DNA of 64,000 nucleotides, taken from positions 1 through 64,000 of the forward strand of contig JANOQV010000240.1 of assembly GCA_031414955.1 (NCBI GenBank). The letters are read 5' to 3'. The position numbers and the translations under genes were made by a program. The DNA comes from Pedosphaera sp. (GTDB taxonomy: Bacteria; Verrucomicrobiota; Verrucomicrobiia; Limisphaerales; SIBH01). Under the pieces are notes generated by a model, which made no database searches, was not told the origin of the DNA, and saw only the letters and a list, made by a program, of their open reading frames with translations. This document shows positions 49,631 through 59,166 of this stretch, piece after piece. Positions within the stretch are counted from its first letter, which is position 1; every line of letters starts with the position of its first letter.

Positions 49631-51187
49631 TCAACGCTTCAGCATGGAGCGAAGCACGGCCAGTTCGGAACCCAGTATTTTCCTGCTCATCCCGGCCAGG
49701 ACACCGGTGACGATCAGGAGCACGACGTAGGAAACCAGCAGGAGGCCGAGGTGCGAGAGGGATGATCCGGGCAGATAGAATTTCAGCACCCCGGCAGTCA
49801 GCACCACCGCCAGCGGCAGAAGCCAGCTCCGCGCCGACCATCGCGCCGCAGACAAGCCGAGATGCCGGCACGCGTACCAGCCCAGCCACAGGCTCAAGAT
49901 GGAGTGCGCGATCACGGTCGCCACGGCGACGCCCGTGATGGAACCAAGGCGCATGGAAACAATGGAAAGTAGGACGTTGATCAAGCCGGTGCAGATGATC
50001 ACCAGCCCGCTCACTTTGATCCCTTTGTCGCCGCAACGCGTGGCGAGTTGAATGCCCGTGTCGCCGCCGGTGGCCACGGCGAGGTTGCAGGCGAAGGCTA
50101 GTTGCCACGCCAGCGGACCCTGGCTGTCCGCGCCCAGCCAGAAGCGGATGAACAGATCGTTCAGTGCGAGAAAGACCAGCGCCGCGCCGGTGCCAAGCAT
50201 GATTTGAAACAGGTTCAGGCGACCGGCCTCCAGGAGCAGCCGCCGGCGATCCGCCTCTTCTTGGCTGGAAATCCATTGCGTGATTTTCGGCAGGCTCACG
50301 AAGCTGGCGGAAAGAATCAGGATGACGGCCAGTTCACAGGCTTTGTAGTTCGCCGTGTACATGGGAATGATTTCGGAACCGAACCCGGCTTTGAGCACCA
50401 GCCGGTCCGTGGTGTGGTAAATCACGCTGCCGAGAGTGCAGAGGTAAAGCCAGCCGCTCGTACGCGCCAGCATCCGCCACTGCGCGCGATCTATTTTCAG
50501 CGGCCACAGATCGCCCAGCCAAGGGTGCGACCATTTGAGCATCCGCCAGGCGAGCCAGCCGGACAAAATCGACGCGGCCAGGTAAGGCGTGGTTTGCAAC
50601 CACAGCGGCGCGCCCGTCCGCGCCAGCAGCCAGTGCAGCAGGGGTGCGAGCAACGAGCCTATGATCAGCGACGGCAGGATCGGCCAGGTCACCGTGCCGT
50701 GGGCGTAGTTCAAACTTTGGAAATAGCCGCCCAGGATCATGGCCGACGCGCTCGCCCCGCCCCAGAGGAAGAGCACAGTGTAGGAACCCGCGCCGGCCAC
50801 GTTCTCGAACTCCAGCCAGCCCGGCAGCCACGGCGAGAGCACGGCGAAGAGCACAAAAAGCGCCGCCGCCAGAAGCAGAAACAGGGTGCGCGCCGCCGCC
50901 AGCAAGGCGCGCAGTTCCTCGTGCTCGCCGCGACCCAGCAGGAGTCCGCCTTTGATCGAGATGACGCCGGTGATGCCCAGATCGCCCAGGCCGCCGAGCC
51001 GGGCCACGGATTGGAAGACGAGGAACAGGCCGAAGAGCGCGGCCCCCATCGAATCGAGGAACAGCCGGAAAAAAAGCAGCGACAGTAGCGCGCCCGCCGC
51101 CATGGCGGCGGCGCGCAACAGAAAGGCCAGCCGCACGGAGGTCCGATCCGGCAGGAGCAGGGCGCGCAGTTTCCCAGTGGCGCTCAT
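49631..51187 (-). CDS. Wzx-like polysaccharide flippase
   Basis: 12 or more TM helices, DLGI, TDRLVL, typical MOP-family size, glycan-locus context. Confidence 0.8.
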   Translation of the reverse strand: MSATGKLRALLLPDRTSVRLAFLLRAAAMAAGALLSLLFFRLFLDSMGAALFGLFLVFQSVARLGGLGDLGITGVISIKGGLLLGRGEHEELRALLAAARTLFLLLAAALFVLFAVLSPWLPGWLEFENVAGAGSYTVLFLWGGASASAMILGGYFQSLNYAHGTVTWPILPSLIIGSLLAPLLHWLLARTGAPLWLQTTPYLAASILSGWLAWRMLKWSHPWLGDLWPLKIDRAQWRMLARTSGWLYLCTLGSVIYHTTDRLVLKAGFGSEIIPMYTANYKACELAVILILSASFVSLPKITQWISSQEEADRRRLLLEAGRLNLFQIMLGTGAALVFLALNDLFIRFWLGADSQGPLAWQLAFACNLAVATGGDTGIQLATRCGDKGIKVSGLVIICTGLINVLLSIVSMRLGSITGVAVATVIAHSILSLWLGWYACRHLGLSAARWSARSWLLPLAVVLTAGVLKFYLPGSSLSHLGLLLVSYVVLLIVTGVLAGMSRKILGSELAVLRSMLKR

Positions 51188-51189
51188 CG

Positions 51190-51993
51190 TCACTGGCCGC
51201 GCCCGCGGATTTCGCGTACCCACTGTCGCAGATATCCAAGGAGTGGAAATTGCCACCGCTCATGCCACGCCGTCAGGCCAAGGTCGCTGACGAACCGCAG
51301 TTTTTCCCGAAACGTCTGCCGCCGTTTGCCCGGCAGCGTGTCCGAGAAGCGCGCTGCGTGAATGAGAAAGTGGGCGCAGGCGCGCGGCACGCCGAAAGCC
51401 CCGTTGCGCGCGGCCAATTTGCAAAACAACAGGCTGTCCGCGCAAATCGGCAGGGTGGGTTCGTACCCGCCGGAGCGCAGGAAAGCCTCGCGCGTGTAGG
51501 CCGCCACACTGGGCGGACCGAACTGCATGCCGAAGCGCATCACCACGTCCTGCATCTCCTCGGGCGTGAAGAATCGCCCCGTCCACTTGCCGATGGTGGT
51601 CCGGGTTTCGTCCCCGCGATGATAATGATAGCCGCAATAGACGTAAGCGCAGCGCTGCTCGCCCGCCGCCACCCCGCGCACGGTGGCGATGTAGTCCGGC
51701 TCCAGCGAGTCGCCCGCGAAGAGCGGTTTGAGCCAATCGGCCTGCGACTGGTAGTGCAGCCAGTTCCAGTGCTCGACGCGGCCCAGTTCCGACGGCGGCT
51801 GAATCTTCCGCGCGGCGATGCCCGCCGCCGCCAGCACCGTCAGCGCGTTGGAAATGTGTTCGTGGCCGGATGTGGAAAAATTGTCGCTGACGAGCACGGA
51901 GAAATGCTTGTCCGTCTGCGCGACCAGCGAGGTGATCGTTTTCCCGAACACGTCGGTGGCGTTGCGCACCGGGATGAGCACTTCGAGCGTCAT
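51190..51993 (-). CDS. Glycosyltransferase family 2
   Basis: VLIPVRN, VSDNFS, HWNW, AGD, GGY. Confidence 0.85.
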   Translation of the reverse strand: MTLEVLIPVRNATDVFGKTITSLVAQTDKHFSVLVSDNFSTSGHEHISNALTVLAAAGIAARKIQPPSELGRVEHWNWLHYQSQADWLKPLFAGDSLEPDYIATVRGVAAGEQRCAYVYCGYHYHRGDETRTTIGKWTGRFFTPEEMQDVVMRFGMQFGPPSVAAYTREAFLRSGGYEPTLPICADSLLFCKLAARNGAFGVPRACAHFLIHAARFSDTLPGKRRQTFREKLRFVSDLGLTAWHERWQFPLLGYLRQWVREIRGRGQ

Positions 51994-52763
51994 GTCGAAG
52001 CAGGAATCCGGGCGCCGCAGTAGGAGGTGGTTTTGAAAAACTCCAAATCTTCCGGAATCCCCAGCCCGTACATGCCGTCGTACTCGCGGCCCGTCTTCAT
52101 GGTCACGACGTTGGCACACTCGGCAATCAGTTGGTTATAGGTGGGTGCCACGTAGAACTCGTTGTTTACGCGCAGATTGGCCGCGATCATCGCCTCGGCG
52201 GCGCGCACGTAGTCGCGACCGGCGCGGAAATTGTAGATGCCCACGGTCGCCTCGTTGCTCACCACCTGCTTCTCGACCACCTCGCTCACGGTGCCGTCGG
52301 GCCGCATCCGGCAATAGGACCACTTGGGATGATCGGACCAGAAGGTCATGATCAACCCCGCCACCTCGGGTGCGTCGCCAGCGGCGAGGTAATCGTCGAT
52401 GTTCAAGTCTACGATTTGATCGCTGTTGGCGATCATGAGCGGGTCGGCGTTGTCGATGAGTCCCTTGGCGAGCAGGACCGTGCAGGCGGCGCCTTCCGTC
52501 ACGGTCCTGACCGGAATGATTTCACATCCAGGGCAGAGCCGGCGGATTTCAGCGGGCACTTCCGGATACAATTCGAGATGTTCGCCAAGACAGAGAAAGA
52601 TGAAGCGGTGCGCGCGCCGGGGACGGATGTTCTCGATGACCCATTGAATCATGGGCCGGCCGCCCACGGGAATCAGAGGCTTGGGCGTGGTGAAGCCGGC
52701 CTGGGCGAAACGCGAGCCGCGCCCGGCCATCGGCACCACAATTTGCAGGGTGTTCAGTATCAT
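51990..52763 (-). CDS. Nucleotidyltransferase (NTP_transferase, GT-A fold), copy 1
   Basis: PMAGRGSRF..PKPLI, TEGAACTVL, NSDQ, PKWSY, EK..SNEATVGIY, EFYVAPTYN. Confidence 0.88.
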   Translation of the reverse strand: MILNTLQIVVPMAGRGSRFAQAGFTTPKPLIPVGGRPMIQWVIENIRPRRAHRFIFLCLGEHLELYPEVPAEIRRLCPGCEIIPVRTVTEGAACTVLLAKGLIDNADPLMIANSDQIVDLNIDDYLAAGDAPEVAGLIMTFWSDHPKWSYCRMRPDGTVSEVVEKQVVSNEATVGIYNFRAGRDYVRAAEAMIAANLRVNNEFYVAPTYNQLIAECANVVTMKTGREYDGMYGLGIPEDLEFFKTTSYCGARIPAST

Positions 52764-52804
52764 TTTCTTGTACCTTCCCGCCTGAATGCCAAGTCAGGCA
52801 TTCA

Positions 52805-53494
52805 TCAAGATGAGGTTTGTTTCGCGAACCACATCCGCCGCAGCCCGCTACGGAACTGTTTAGAGTTCGTGACGGGCCAGTCGTAGGTGTGAAAGTCCCA
52901 GTTGCAACGCGCATCCGTGATTTGTGTGAAGGAGAATTTTTCTTCCTTGAGGACGCGCTCCAGAAAAGCAGGCGAAGGACGTGAGCCTTGCCCCACCAAG
53001 GATTGGTCGTATCTATACGCGTGTTCCTTCACGTTTACCACCAACTCTGGATCATCCGAGTCGGCGACCTCCGTCTCCAAGATCAAGTGCCGGCACCGTC
53101 GGCAGGCTGCACGCAACGCCGCTTCCGGATCGGGCAGATGGTAAAGGACTCCCATGTGAATGATGACATCGAACACTTCCTGACCGGGAAGGCCACTGCC
53201 CAGATCGTGCTGAATCGCTTTGAGGAAGGGATAGCGATTTCGAATCACCCGCACATTGGACATGCGACCTTCCAGGCAGGTCACGTCGGCTCCGAGGGCG
53301 GAGAGGGTGGCTCCAATCGCACCAAAGGCTGCCCCCACTTCCAGGACGGTCTTACCGTCGAAGAACCGGTGACCGTAGTGATCGAGCGTCGCCAAGATTC
53401 GTCGGGCCCGCCAGACGGAATAATGGCCTTCGAACTTCTGCTCGCCCAGTTGGCCGAGTTTCCACTGCAAATATGTTTTGATTCCTAAACCCAT
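52805..53494 (-). CDS. Class I SAM methyltransferase
   Basis: VLEVGAAFG, LEGR, FDVIIHMGVLYHL. Confidence 0.88.
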   Translation of the reverse strand: MGLGIKTYLQWKLGQLGEQKFEGHYSVWRARRILATLDHYGHRFFDGKTVLEVGAAFGAIGATLSALGADVTCLEGRMSNVRVIRNRYPFLKAIQHDLGSGLPGQEVFDVIIHMGVLYHLPDPEAALRAACRRCRHLILETEVADSDDPELVVNVKEHAYRYDQSLVGQGSRPSPAFLERVLKEEKFSFTQITDARCNWDFHTYDWPVTNSKQFRSGLRRMWFAKQTSS

Positions 53495-53692
53495 AGTGTC
53501 TTGGTTGGTTCGCCCGCTTGATTGAATCCGCACTCGGCGCGCGGAACGCAAGCATGGGGTGAAATGTTTTGGATGACCTTCTGCAATTCCATCCACTCCC
53601 CCTTCCGCAGGGTCGCCGGCCGGCCAGTCCGGGTAGGCTGCCAGTGCCACCCATTTGTCCTGAGAATGCTGATCCCGCTAGTCATGGGATGT

Positions 53693-54643
53693 TCAATCGG
53701 TTCTCCGCATCCAAAAGGAGGCCGGACGGGTCGAGCCTTGCGGCAACAACCGGTTGAGCGCCGCGCGATGATCGATGGAGAGGTAGTAGACCGGCAGAAT
53801 CACTTCCAGCGCGCGGCTGTGGGTCAGGAGACATTCGAGGGCGTATTGCTCGTTGAACGGGCGCAGATGATCGAGCAGCCACTCGCTGGGGTAATCGTAC
53901 GGAGTGAAGATGTCATGGACATGCACGAAGACGCCGGGCTTAAGGCTGGGAATGATTTCCAGCAGTTCATAGACGCAGTCGCTCTGCGCCTTGACGATAT
54001 GCGTGGTATCGATGAAGAGCACGTCGTTAGCTTCGAGGCTGGTGAACTCGGCCAGCGGGACGTCCTGGATTTTCTTTTCGATGAAGCGGCCGGGCGGCGG
54101 ATTGCGACGGATGGACTCGGAAGGATAAGGCTCGATGAAAACACAGTCGCAGGGATGCTGCTCGGCGGCGTTTTTCCGGCAGGCTGCGGCCGCCACGCGC
54201 GAACTGTTTCCGCATCCCACCTCGATCAATTTCCGCGGCTTCAAGGACCGCAGCATCGAGTAGTAAGTGATCGCGTCGAAATCCTCGAAGCCTCCGTTGT
54301 GCAGCCAGAACTCCGCGCCGGGAGCCGGCTCCACCGGCGTGCCGGCAAACTCCCGGGCAAACGGCTCCAGCCGGGTCAGCCACTCCGAGAACACCTCCTG
54401 GCGAAGCAGAATGCCGGGCAGATTCCGCCGCTGGCGCAGCTTCGCCACGTCCACGTCGAAGCGCGTTGGGCTGGCGGATTCAAAACGATACGGCTCGACG
54501 TGGTAACCAAGGTCGTCTTGCACGCGGGGCTGCTGCCAGTAGCTCTTCAGGATTTGCCGGACGAGCGGCTTTGGTAGAACCCGAACCAGGCGGTTGGCCA
54601 ACTGCCGGCCATGCAGGCGGAATGCATCCGAAAGATTGCTCAT
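53693..54643 (-). CDS. Class I SAM methyltransferase (Methyltransf_24-like)
   Basis: IEVGCGNSS, IEPYP, LFIDTTH, VHVHDIF.PYDYP, NEQY. Confidence 0.88.
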   Translation of the reverse strand: MSNLSDAFRLHGRQLANRLVRVLPKPLVRQILKSYWQQPRVQDDLGYHVEPYRFESASPTRFDVDVAKLRQRRNLPGILLRQEVFSEWLTRLEPFAREFAGTPVEPAPGAEFWLHNGGFEDFDAITYYSMLRSLKPRKLIEVGCGNSSRVAAAACRKNAAEQHPCDCVFIEPYPSESIRRNPPPGRFIEKKIQDVPLAEFTSLEANDVLFIDTTHIVKAQSDCVYELLEIIPSLKPGVFVHVHDIFTPYDYPSEWLLDHLRPFNEQYALECLLTHSRALEVILPVYYLSIDHRAALNRLLPQGSTRPASFWMRRTD

Positions 54644-54788
54644 TTTTTGAAATAAAGCGTGGTCGGACGGTCTTTGACAGACCGCGAACTGCGCTCAGCC
54701 AGGAAAATGACGATCGGCGGCTTACTCATTCAACACTTTATCGTTGTCCGGCGCGCTGAAGCTAATGTCATGCAAAAACCACGGCAAA

Positions 54789-55985
54789 TCATTTTCCAGT
54801 CGTAGGCCCGGAACTGCGCCAACGCACCAGGAGCGCGTGGCCGGCGCGCAGGCACGGCTTTTCCACCAGCGAGTAAGCAGCCCAACTCCAAAGAAGGATC
54901 AGGCCCAACACCAGCGTCGGCACCACGACGAAGAGCACGACGCTGGTTTGCGGCAAACCAAGGCGATCGAGGTAGTGCAGGATGCGACCGATCAGGGGAT
55001 GATGCCACAGATAAAACGAGTAGCTCCACACCCCCACCGGAACCAACCATCTTTCCCACCGGGCCAGCGGCGCGGTGCAATGAAGGCAGGCTTCCATCAA
55101 GCCGGCGAACATGAGCGATGCCAAGGTGAAGCTGAACACGCGAGCCGGCTGCCAAAGCGTCGCCGCCACGAACGCGACCCCCAACCACGGCGCGCTGCGG
55201 GTCAAGCCGGGCCAGCGCAAGCCCGCCGCCCATTTCTCGGCCAGCACCGCCCCCAGCATCCAATCGAACAGCAGAATCAGCGGAGAGCTCCACAACGCCT
55301 GGTTCTCCGGCTGGTTCCAGTCCTGCACCAGCGCTGCCACCAAACGCACCACCAGACTTAGGCCCAGCACCGCCGCGAACGCCCCGCGCATTCCCCAGCG
55401 GCGACGCAACCACAACACGGCCGGATACAGGAGGTAAAATTGCCACTCAACCGCTAGACTCCAGAACACTGCGGCGATGGCCATGTGGGTCGCGGATGAA
55501 AAGTTGTGCCCGAGAAACACATGCAGCCAGAAGTTGGACGCCGAGGGTGCATTGCCGTGCCGTGCCTCCAGCCAGGAGAAGACAACCAGTGCTAGCAGGT
55601 AGGGCGGATAAATCCGCCAGAACCGCCGCCAAAAAAATTCCCGAACGAATTTGCCAAGAGCAATTCCACCAGGCGCGGCGCGCTCTTGTTTGAGGAACGA
55701 GCAATGAATGCAGAAGCCGCTGATGACAAAGAACAACGACACCCCAGACCAGCCGAGATACAAGGGATACAGCCACCAAGCCGACATCCCCAAGCCGCTG
55801 ACCGGTTTAACCCAGGATTCGTTCCACTTGAGATCAAATCCTCCGGACATGAAGGGCAGCGCGTGGCAGAAAAAAACCAGCAAAATCGCCACCGCACGCA
55901 GTACATCAATGCGGTCGAGATGTCCGAGGCGTGGCGCAAGAGTCGCGCTCACAGAACCTCCAGCTGCCTGATGAGGAGAGATCAT
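54789..55985 (-). CDS. Acyltransferase-3 (OafA/OatA-like membrane domain, no fused SGNH)
   Basis: D.LRAVAILLVFFCH, GVSLFFVISGF, RRFWRIYPPY, WSLAVEWQFY, SYSFYLWH. Confidence 0.93.
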   Translation of the reverse strand: MISPHQAAGGSVSATLAPRLGHLDRIDVLRAVAILLVFFCHALPFMSGGFDLKWNESWVKPVSGLGMSAWWLYPLYLGWSGVSLFFVISGFCIHCSFLKQERAAPGGIALGKFVREFFWRRFWRIYPPYLLALVVFSWLEARHGNAPSASNFWLHVFLGHNFSSATHMAIAAVFWSLAVEWQFYLLYPAVLWLRRRWGMRGAFAAVLGLSLVVRLVAALVQDWNQPENQALWSSPLILLFDWMLGAVLAEKWAAGLRWPGLTRSAPWLGVAFVAATLWQPARVFSFTLASLMFAGLMEACLHCTAPLARWERWLVPVGVWSYSFYLWHHPLIGRILHYLDRLGLPQTSVVLFVVVPTLVLGLILLWSWAAYSLVEKPCLRAGHALLVRWRSSGPTTGK

Positions 55986-56061
55986 GTCACAACCACCAAG
56001 GCACCAAGCGGCGAGTTCAGCAGGTTCGCGGTGCAGTGGAAAAACTCGCGTAAAATGCCGT

Positions 56062-56814
56062 TCACGCGGGCGAGTGACCAGCCGTGTGACCGGCGAATTC
56101 CTTGAGGAACAGCTCGTAATCCTCCGGCGTGCCGAGGCTGTGCATCGTGCCTTCCGGCAGGTGGTGCGTGGTGACGGTTTTGCCGTCGAGAATCAACTCG
56201 TTGTAAACCGGGCAGACGAAGAACTGCCCGCTGGTGCTGAGTCCTTTCAAAATCATCTTCTCCGCTGCCGCCATCAAATCACCAGCCCGGCGGAAGTAAT
56301 AAAGTCCCGCCGTGGCCTGCTTGCTGATCGGGCGCTTCTCGGCGACGGCGGTGACCCGTCCGCGCTCGTCCGTCTTCGCGAATGACCAGCGCGGGTGGGT
56401 GGCGGTGAAAGTGAGTATGCAGCCGTCGATGTCCGGCTTCCGGCAGGCTGCGTAGAATCCGGCCAGGCCGGCATCAATGACCTGGTCACCGTTGGCCACC
56501 AGCACTTCATCCTCGAGTGCGATCTGATCCATCGCCAGCAGCACCGAACAGAGGGCGCCGGCGGTCTCGTTCTCCAGGGCGAGCACGCGCGAGTCCGGTG
56601 CGATGAGCCGCAGCATGTCGCCGAGGTAGAACTGGGTGACCTGTTCCTTGCGGCAGACGAAGGTAAAGCGGGCGGGCGCTGGCGGCGCGAGGTTTTTCAA
56701 CACCAGCTCAACCATCGACTGATTGCCGATCTCGAGCAGCGGTTTGGGGAAAGTGTAGCCGCGCTCCTGGAAGCGCGTCGCTTTGCCGGCCATGGGAATG
56801 ATGACTTGCAGCAT
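56062..56814 (-). CDS. Nucleotidyltransferase (NTP_transferase, GT-A fold), copy 2
   Basis: PMAGKATRF..PKPLL, TAGALCSVL, NGDQ, PRWSF, EKRPISKQATAGLY, FFVCPVYN. Confidence 0.88.
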   Translation of the reverse strand: MLQVIIPMAGKATRFQERGYTFPKPLLEIGNQSMVELVLKNLAPPAPARFTFVCRKEQVTQFYLGDMLRLIAPDSRVLALENETAGALCSVLLAMDQIALEDEVLVANGDQVIDAGLAGFYAACRKPDIDGCILTFTATHPRWSFAKTDERGRVTAVAEKRPISKQATAGLYYFRRAGDLMAAAEKMILKGLSTSGQFFVCPVYNELILDGKTVTTHHLPEGTMHSLGTPEDYELFLKEFAGHTAGHSPA

Positions 56815-56818
56815 AGCG

Positions 56819-57439
56819 TTATCCGGCGCTTTCAATCGCGCGCCGCACGCGCGCGTAATCCACTTCGCCAAAACCGCTGACCTGGCAGACCAGCGCGCCG
56901 CTTTGCCGCGCGGCCTCCAGCCCGTGCGGCGCGTCCTCCACGATGATGGCCTCCGACGGTTTCACACCCAGCAATTCGCAGGCGCGCAGATACATCTCCG
57001 GATGCGGCTTGGCGTTCTTCACGTCCTCGTTGCTGAGGAGAAGATCAAACAAGTCGATGATGCCGCTGCCGCGCAGCATCAACTCGACGCTGTCACGGAT
57101 GGAGTTGGAACAGACGGCCAGCTTGAAGCCATCGCGCTTGAGCTGGTGGATCATGAACTCCTTCTCGAAAACCGGCGTGCAGCGGCGCAGGATTTCCTCG
57201 CGCGTGTACTTCTGTTTGATCTTGTTGACCAATGAATGCAGCCCACGCGGAAAGCCTTTCTCCACGGAAAGCATCTCCAGCTTCTGGCGCGTGGGCAGCC
57301 CGTTGTAGGTCGTGAGGTGCTCGTAGCGCGAAATGGTGTAGCCGAACAGGCCGAGCGCGCGGTTCAGCGCCTCGTAGTGCCATTCGGTGGCATCCACCAG
57401 CACTCCGTCGAGGTCGAAGAGAACGGCTTTAATCCTCAT
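56819..57439 (-). CDS. HAD-superfamily phosphatase/mutase
   Basis: FDLDGVL, CSNS, KPHPE, VEDAPHG. Confidence 0.92.
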   Translation of the reverse strand: MRIKAVLFDLDGVLVDATEWHYEALNRALGLFGYTISRYEHLTTYNGLPTRQKLEMLSVEKGFPRGLHSLVNKIKQKYTREEILRRCTPVFEKEFMIHQLKRDGFKLAVCSNSIRDSVELMLRGSGIIDLFDLLLSNEDVKNAKPHPEMYLRACELLGVKPSEAIIVEDAPHGLEAARQSGALVCQVSGFGEVDYARVRRAIESAG

Positions 57440-57801
57440 CGCTTGCCTGAGGTCGGCGCGGCCCCGGCGGCTGGGTCGCAAAGATATTTGTCGCCCTTCA
57501 CACACGGCAGCTTCACCACCACGGTCGTGACTTCGGTCACGGCCTCGAAGTCCGCCGCAGTGCCGGGAGGGATGCGGATAATCTCTCCCGCGTGCAAATC
57601 CTCGCCGTTCATGCGCGCGAGGCCGGACACAATCAGGGTGAGTTCCGTAGCCACGCGGTGAACGTGCTTCGGCTCGTGCGTTCCCGCCTGGTAGCGTTGC
57701 ACCGCTACTTCGGCGGCGTCGGTCGGTATCAACGTGGGGGAAAAGTTCCCCACGAACCAGCCTCGCGTGAAGTCATCCAGCTTGTGTCGTTCCAGCGGCA
57801 T
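57436..57801 (-). CDS. Small cupin-fold protein
   Basis: GWFVGNF.P, H.PKHVH...TE...IVSG, GEII.IPPG. Confidence 0.75.
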   Translation of the reverse strand: MPLERHKLDDFTRGWFVGNFSPTLIPTDAAEVAVQRYQAGTHEPKHVHRVATELTLIVSGLARMNGEDLHAGEIIRIPPGTAADFEAVTEVTTVVVKLPCVKGDKYLCDPAAGAAPTSGKR

Positions 57802-57808
57802 CTTGTTT

Positions 57809-58495
57809 TCAACCAAAAAATTCCCGTGCTTCGAGGGCGTAATCTGTGCAAAGCCCGTCGATGTGCCAATGCTTAAAATCCGCCCAGCGCTTTTTAGTGG
57901 TGGCACGGTCGAAGCCGTGAATCTCCGGCGAGATGATGTAAAAGAGCCGGCCGGCCGCCTGCACGGCGCGGACCTCGCGCTCGGTCAGCCAGAGCGAATC
58001 GAATTCATCGGCCCAGACGATCTCCGCCGGGATGCCGAGGCACTGCGTCAGGGTTTCCCCGCGATCGCTGAGCCGCGAGGCCAGCCTTACGGAGGCACCT
58101 CCAGGCAGCCTCCGGATTTTTTCCTGGGCCGCGCCCGGGGCCTCCGGCTCCAGCAGCTCGAAATCGAAATAAAAGCCGCGTTCACCCAGACGACGGTCCT
58201 GGGCCAGCCGGAATAGCTCGGCCTCGTAGCCCAGTTCCTTCGCGTTAATGGCCAGTTCCGCGTTGGGGAATTTGGCAAACAAGGCGCTGAAGTGCTCCAG
58301 GCAGTTGGCCGGCGTTCGGGGCACGGCATCATGGCTGATATAGAACCGGCCGGCCGGATCGCGGCGCAAATCCGTCTCCAACCCGAAGCCCGCCTCCAAA
58401 GCGGCGGCGCACGCGGCCAAGGAATTCTCCTCCACGGACTTTGGCCCGGTCAGGTTGGCCCGATGGGCCATGATGGTGATGGTGCAGCGGCGCAC
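57809..58495 (-). CDS. PLC-like / glycerophosphodiester-phosphodiesterase-like protein
   Basis: AHRAN, ENSL, ETDLR, ISHD, INAK, SPEIHG, GLCTDY. Confidence 0.75.
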   Translation of the reverse strand: MRRCTITIMAHRANLTGPKSVEENSLAACAAALEAGFGLETDLRRDPAGRFYISHDAVPRTPANCLEHFSALFAKFPNAELAINAKELGYEAELFRLAQDRRLGERGFYFDFELLEPEAPGAAQEKIRRLPGGASVRLASRLSDRGETLTQCLGIPAEIVWADEFDSLWLTEREVRAVQAAGRLFYIISPEIHGFDRATTKKRWADFKHWHIDGLCTDYALEAREFFG

Positions 58496-58511
58496 GGCTT
58501 CGGCTGTTCGA

Positions 58512-58712
58512 TCAGAAGAGCGTGTAAATAAAGGGCGCGGCGGCCGTCGAGCCGAGAATAATCAGCACGCCGAAAGCCAGTAGGATCAGCACCAGCGGGA
58601 GGAGCCAGTACTTCTTGTTTTCCTTCAGCATGGCCAGGAACTCGCGCAGCAGGCCCGGGTCCTTCTCCTCGCCGGAGGCCTCGAAGGCCGTTTGCTTCTT
58701 CTCGTCTTGCAT
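58512..58712 (-). CDS. DUF5989 / SxtK-like single-TM micropeptide
   Basis: EF..ML.ENKKYWLLP, TM helix, C-terminal APFIYTLF. Confidence 0.85.
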   Translation of the reverse strand: MQDEKKQTAFEASGEEKDPGLLREFLAMLKENKKYWLLPLVLILLAFGVLIILGSTAAAPFIYTLF

Positions 58713-58723
58713 GGATTTCAGAA

Positions 58724-59161
58724 TCAAAACTGGCGGTAATAGCGCTTGGGATCAATCCCCTTCTCCGCGTCCCGCCAGTAGGTCGGCGTAGAGCGGTCGA
58801 ACTTCCGGCGCAGCGGATCGCGTCCGGCCAGGCGCATGACGAGGCCCATCGGCGTCAGCAGCAGGTAATAAAACGCGGCGAAGAGGACGTTGCCCAGCAC
58901 GATACCGACGCAGCAACCGAAGAAATACCAGACGGCGTAGAAGGGCCGGGCAATTTGCGGAACCAGCCAGAGCACCACGCCGACGGCCAGGCCGATCACG
59001 CCGAGCCAGAGGAAGAAGGGCTTCCAGCTTCCCGCCGTCAGGCGTGCGACGGTTCCCATGATCAGGGCGATGACCGGGAAGCCGATGACGAGGCTGAGGG
59101 CGAATTTCTTCCGCTCGGCCCGGCCGGGGTTCCAGTTGACGTCTTTGAAGGGGTTGAGCAT
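58724..59161 (-). CDS. SxtJ family membrane protein
   Basis: KKFALSL, TM helices, YYLLLTPMGL.MR..GRDPL, TYW, C-terminal RYYRQF. Confidence 0.85.
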   Translation of the reverse strand: MLNPFKDVNWNPGRAERKKFALSLVIGFPVIALIMGTVARLTAGSWKPFFLWLGVIGLAVGVVLWLVPQIARPFYAVWYFFGCCVGIVLGNVLFAAFYYLLLTPMGLVMRLAGRDPLRRKFDRSTPTYWRDAEKGIDPKRYYRQF

Positions 59162-59166
59162 GGGGA

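Noticed and set aside
51990..52763. rmlA assignment for the nucleotidyltransferases
   Set aside because: Signature differs from RmlA and rmlBCD are absent
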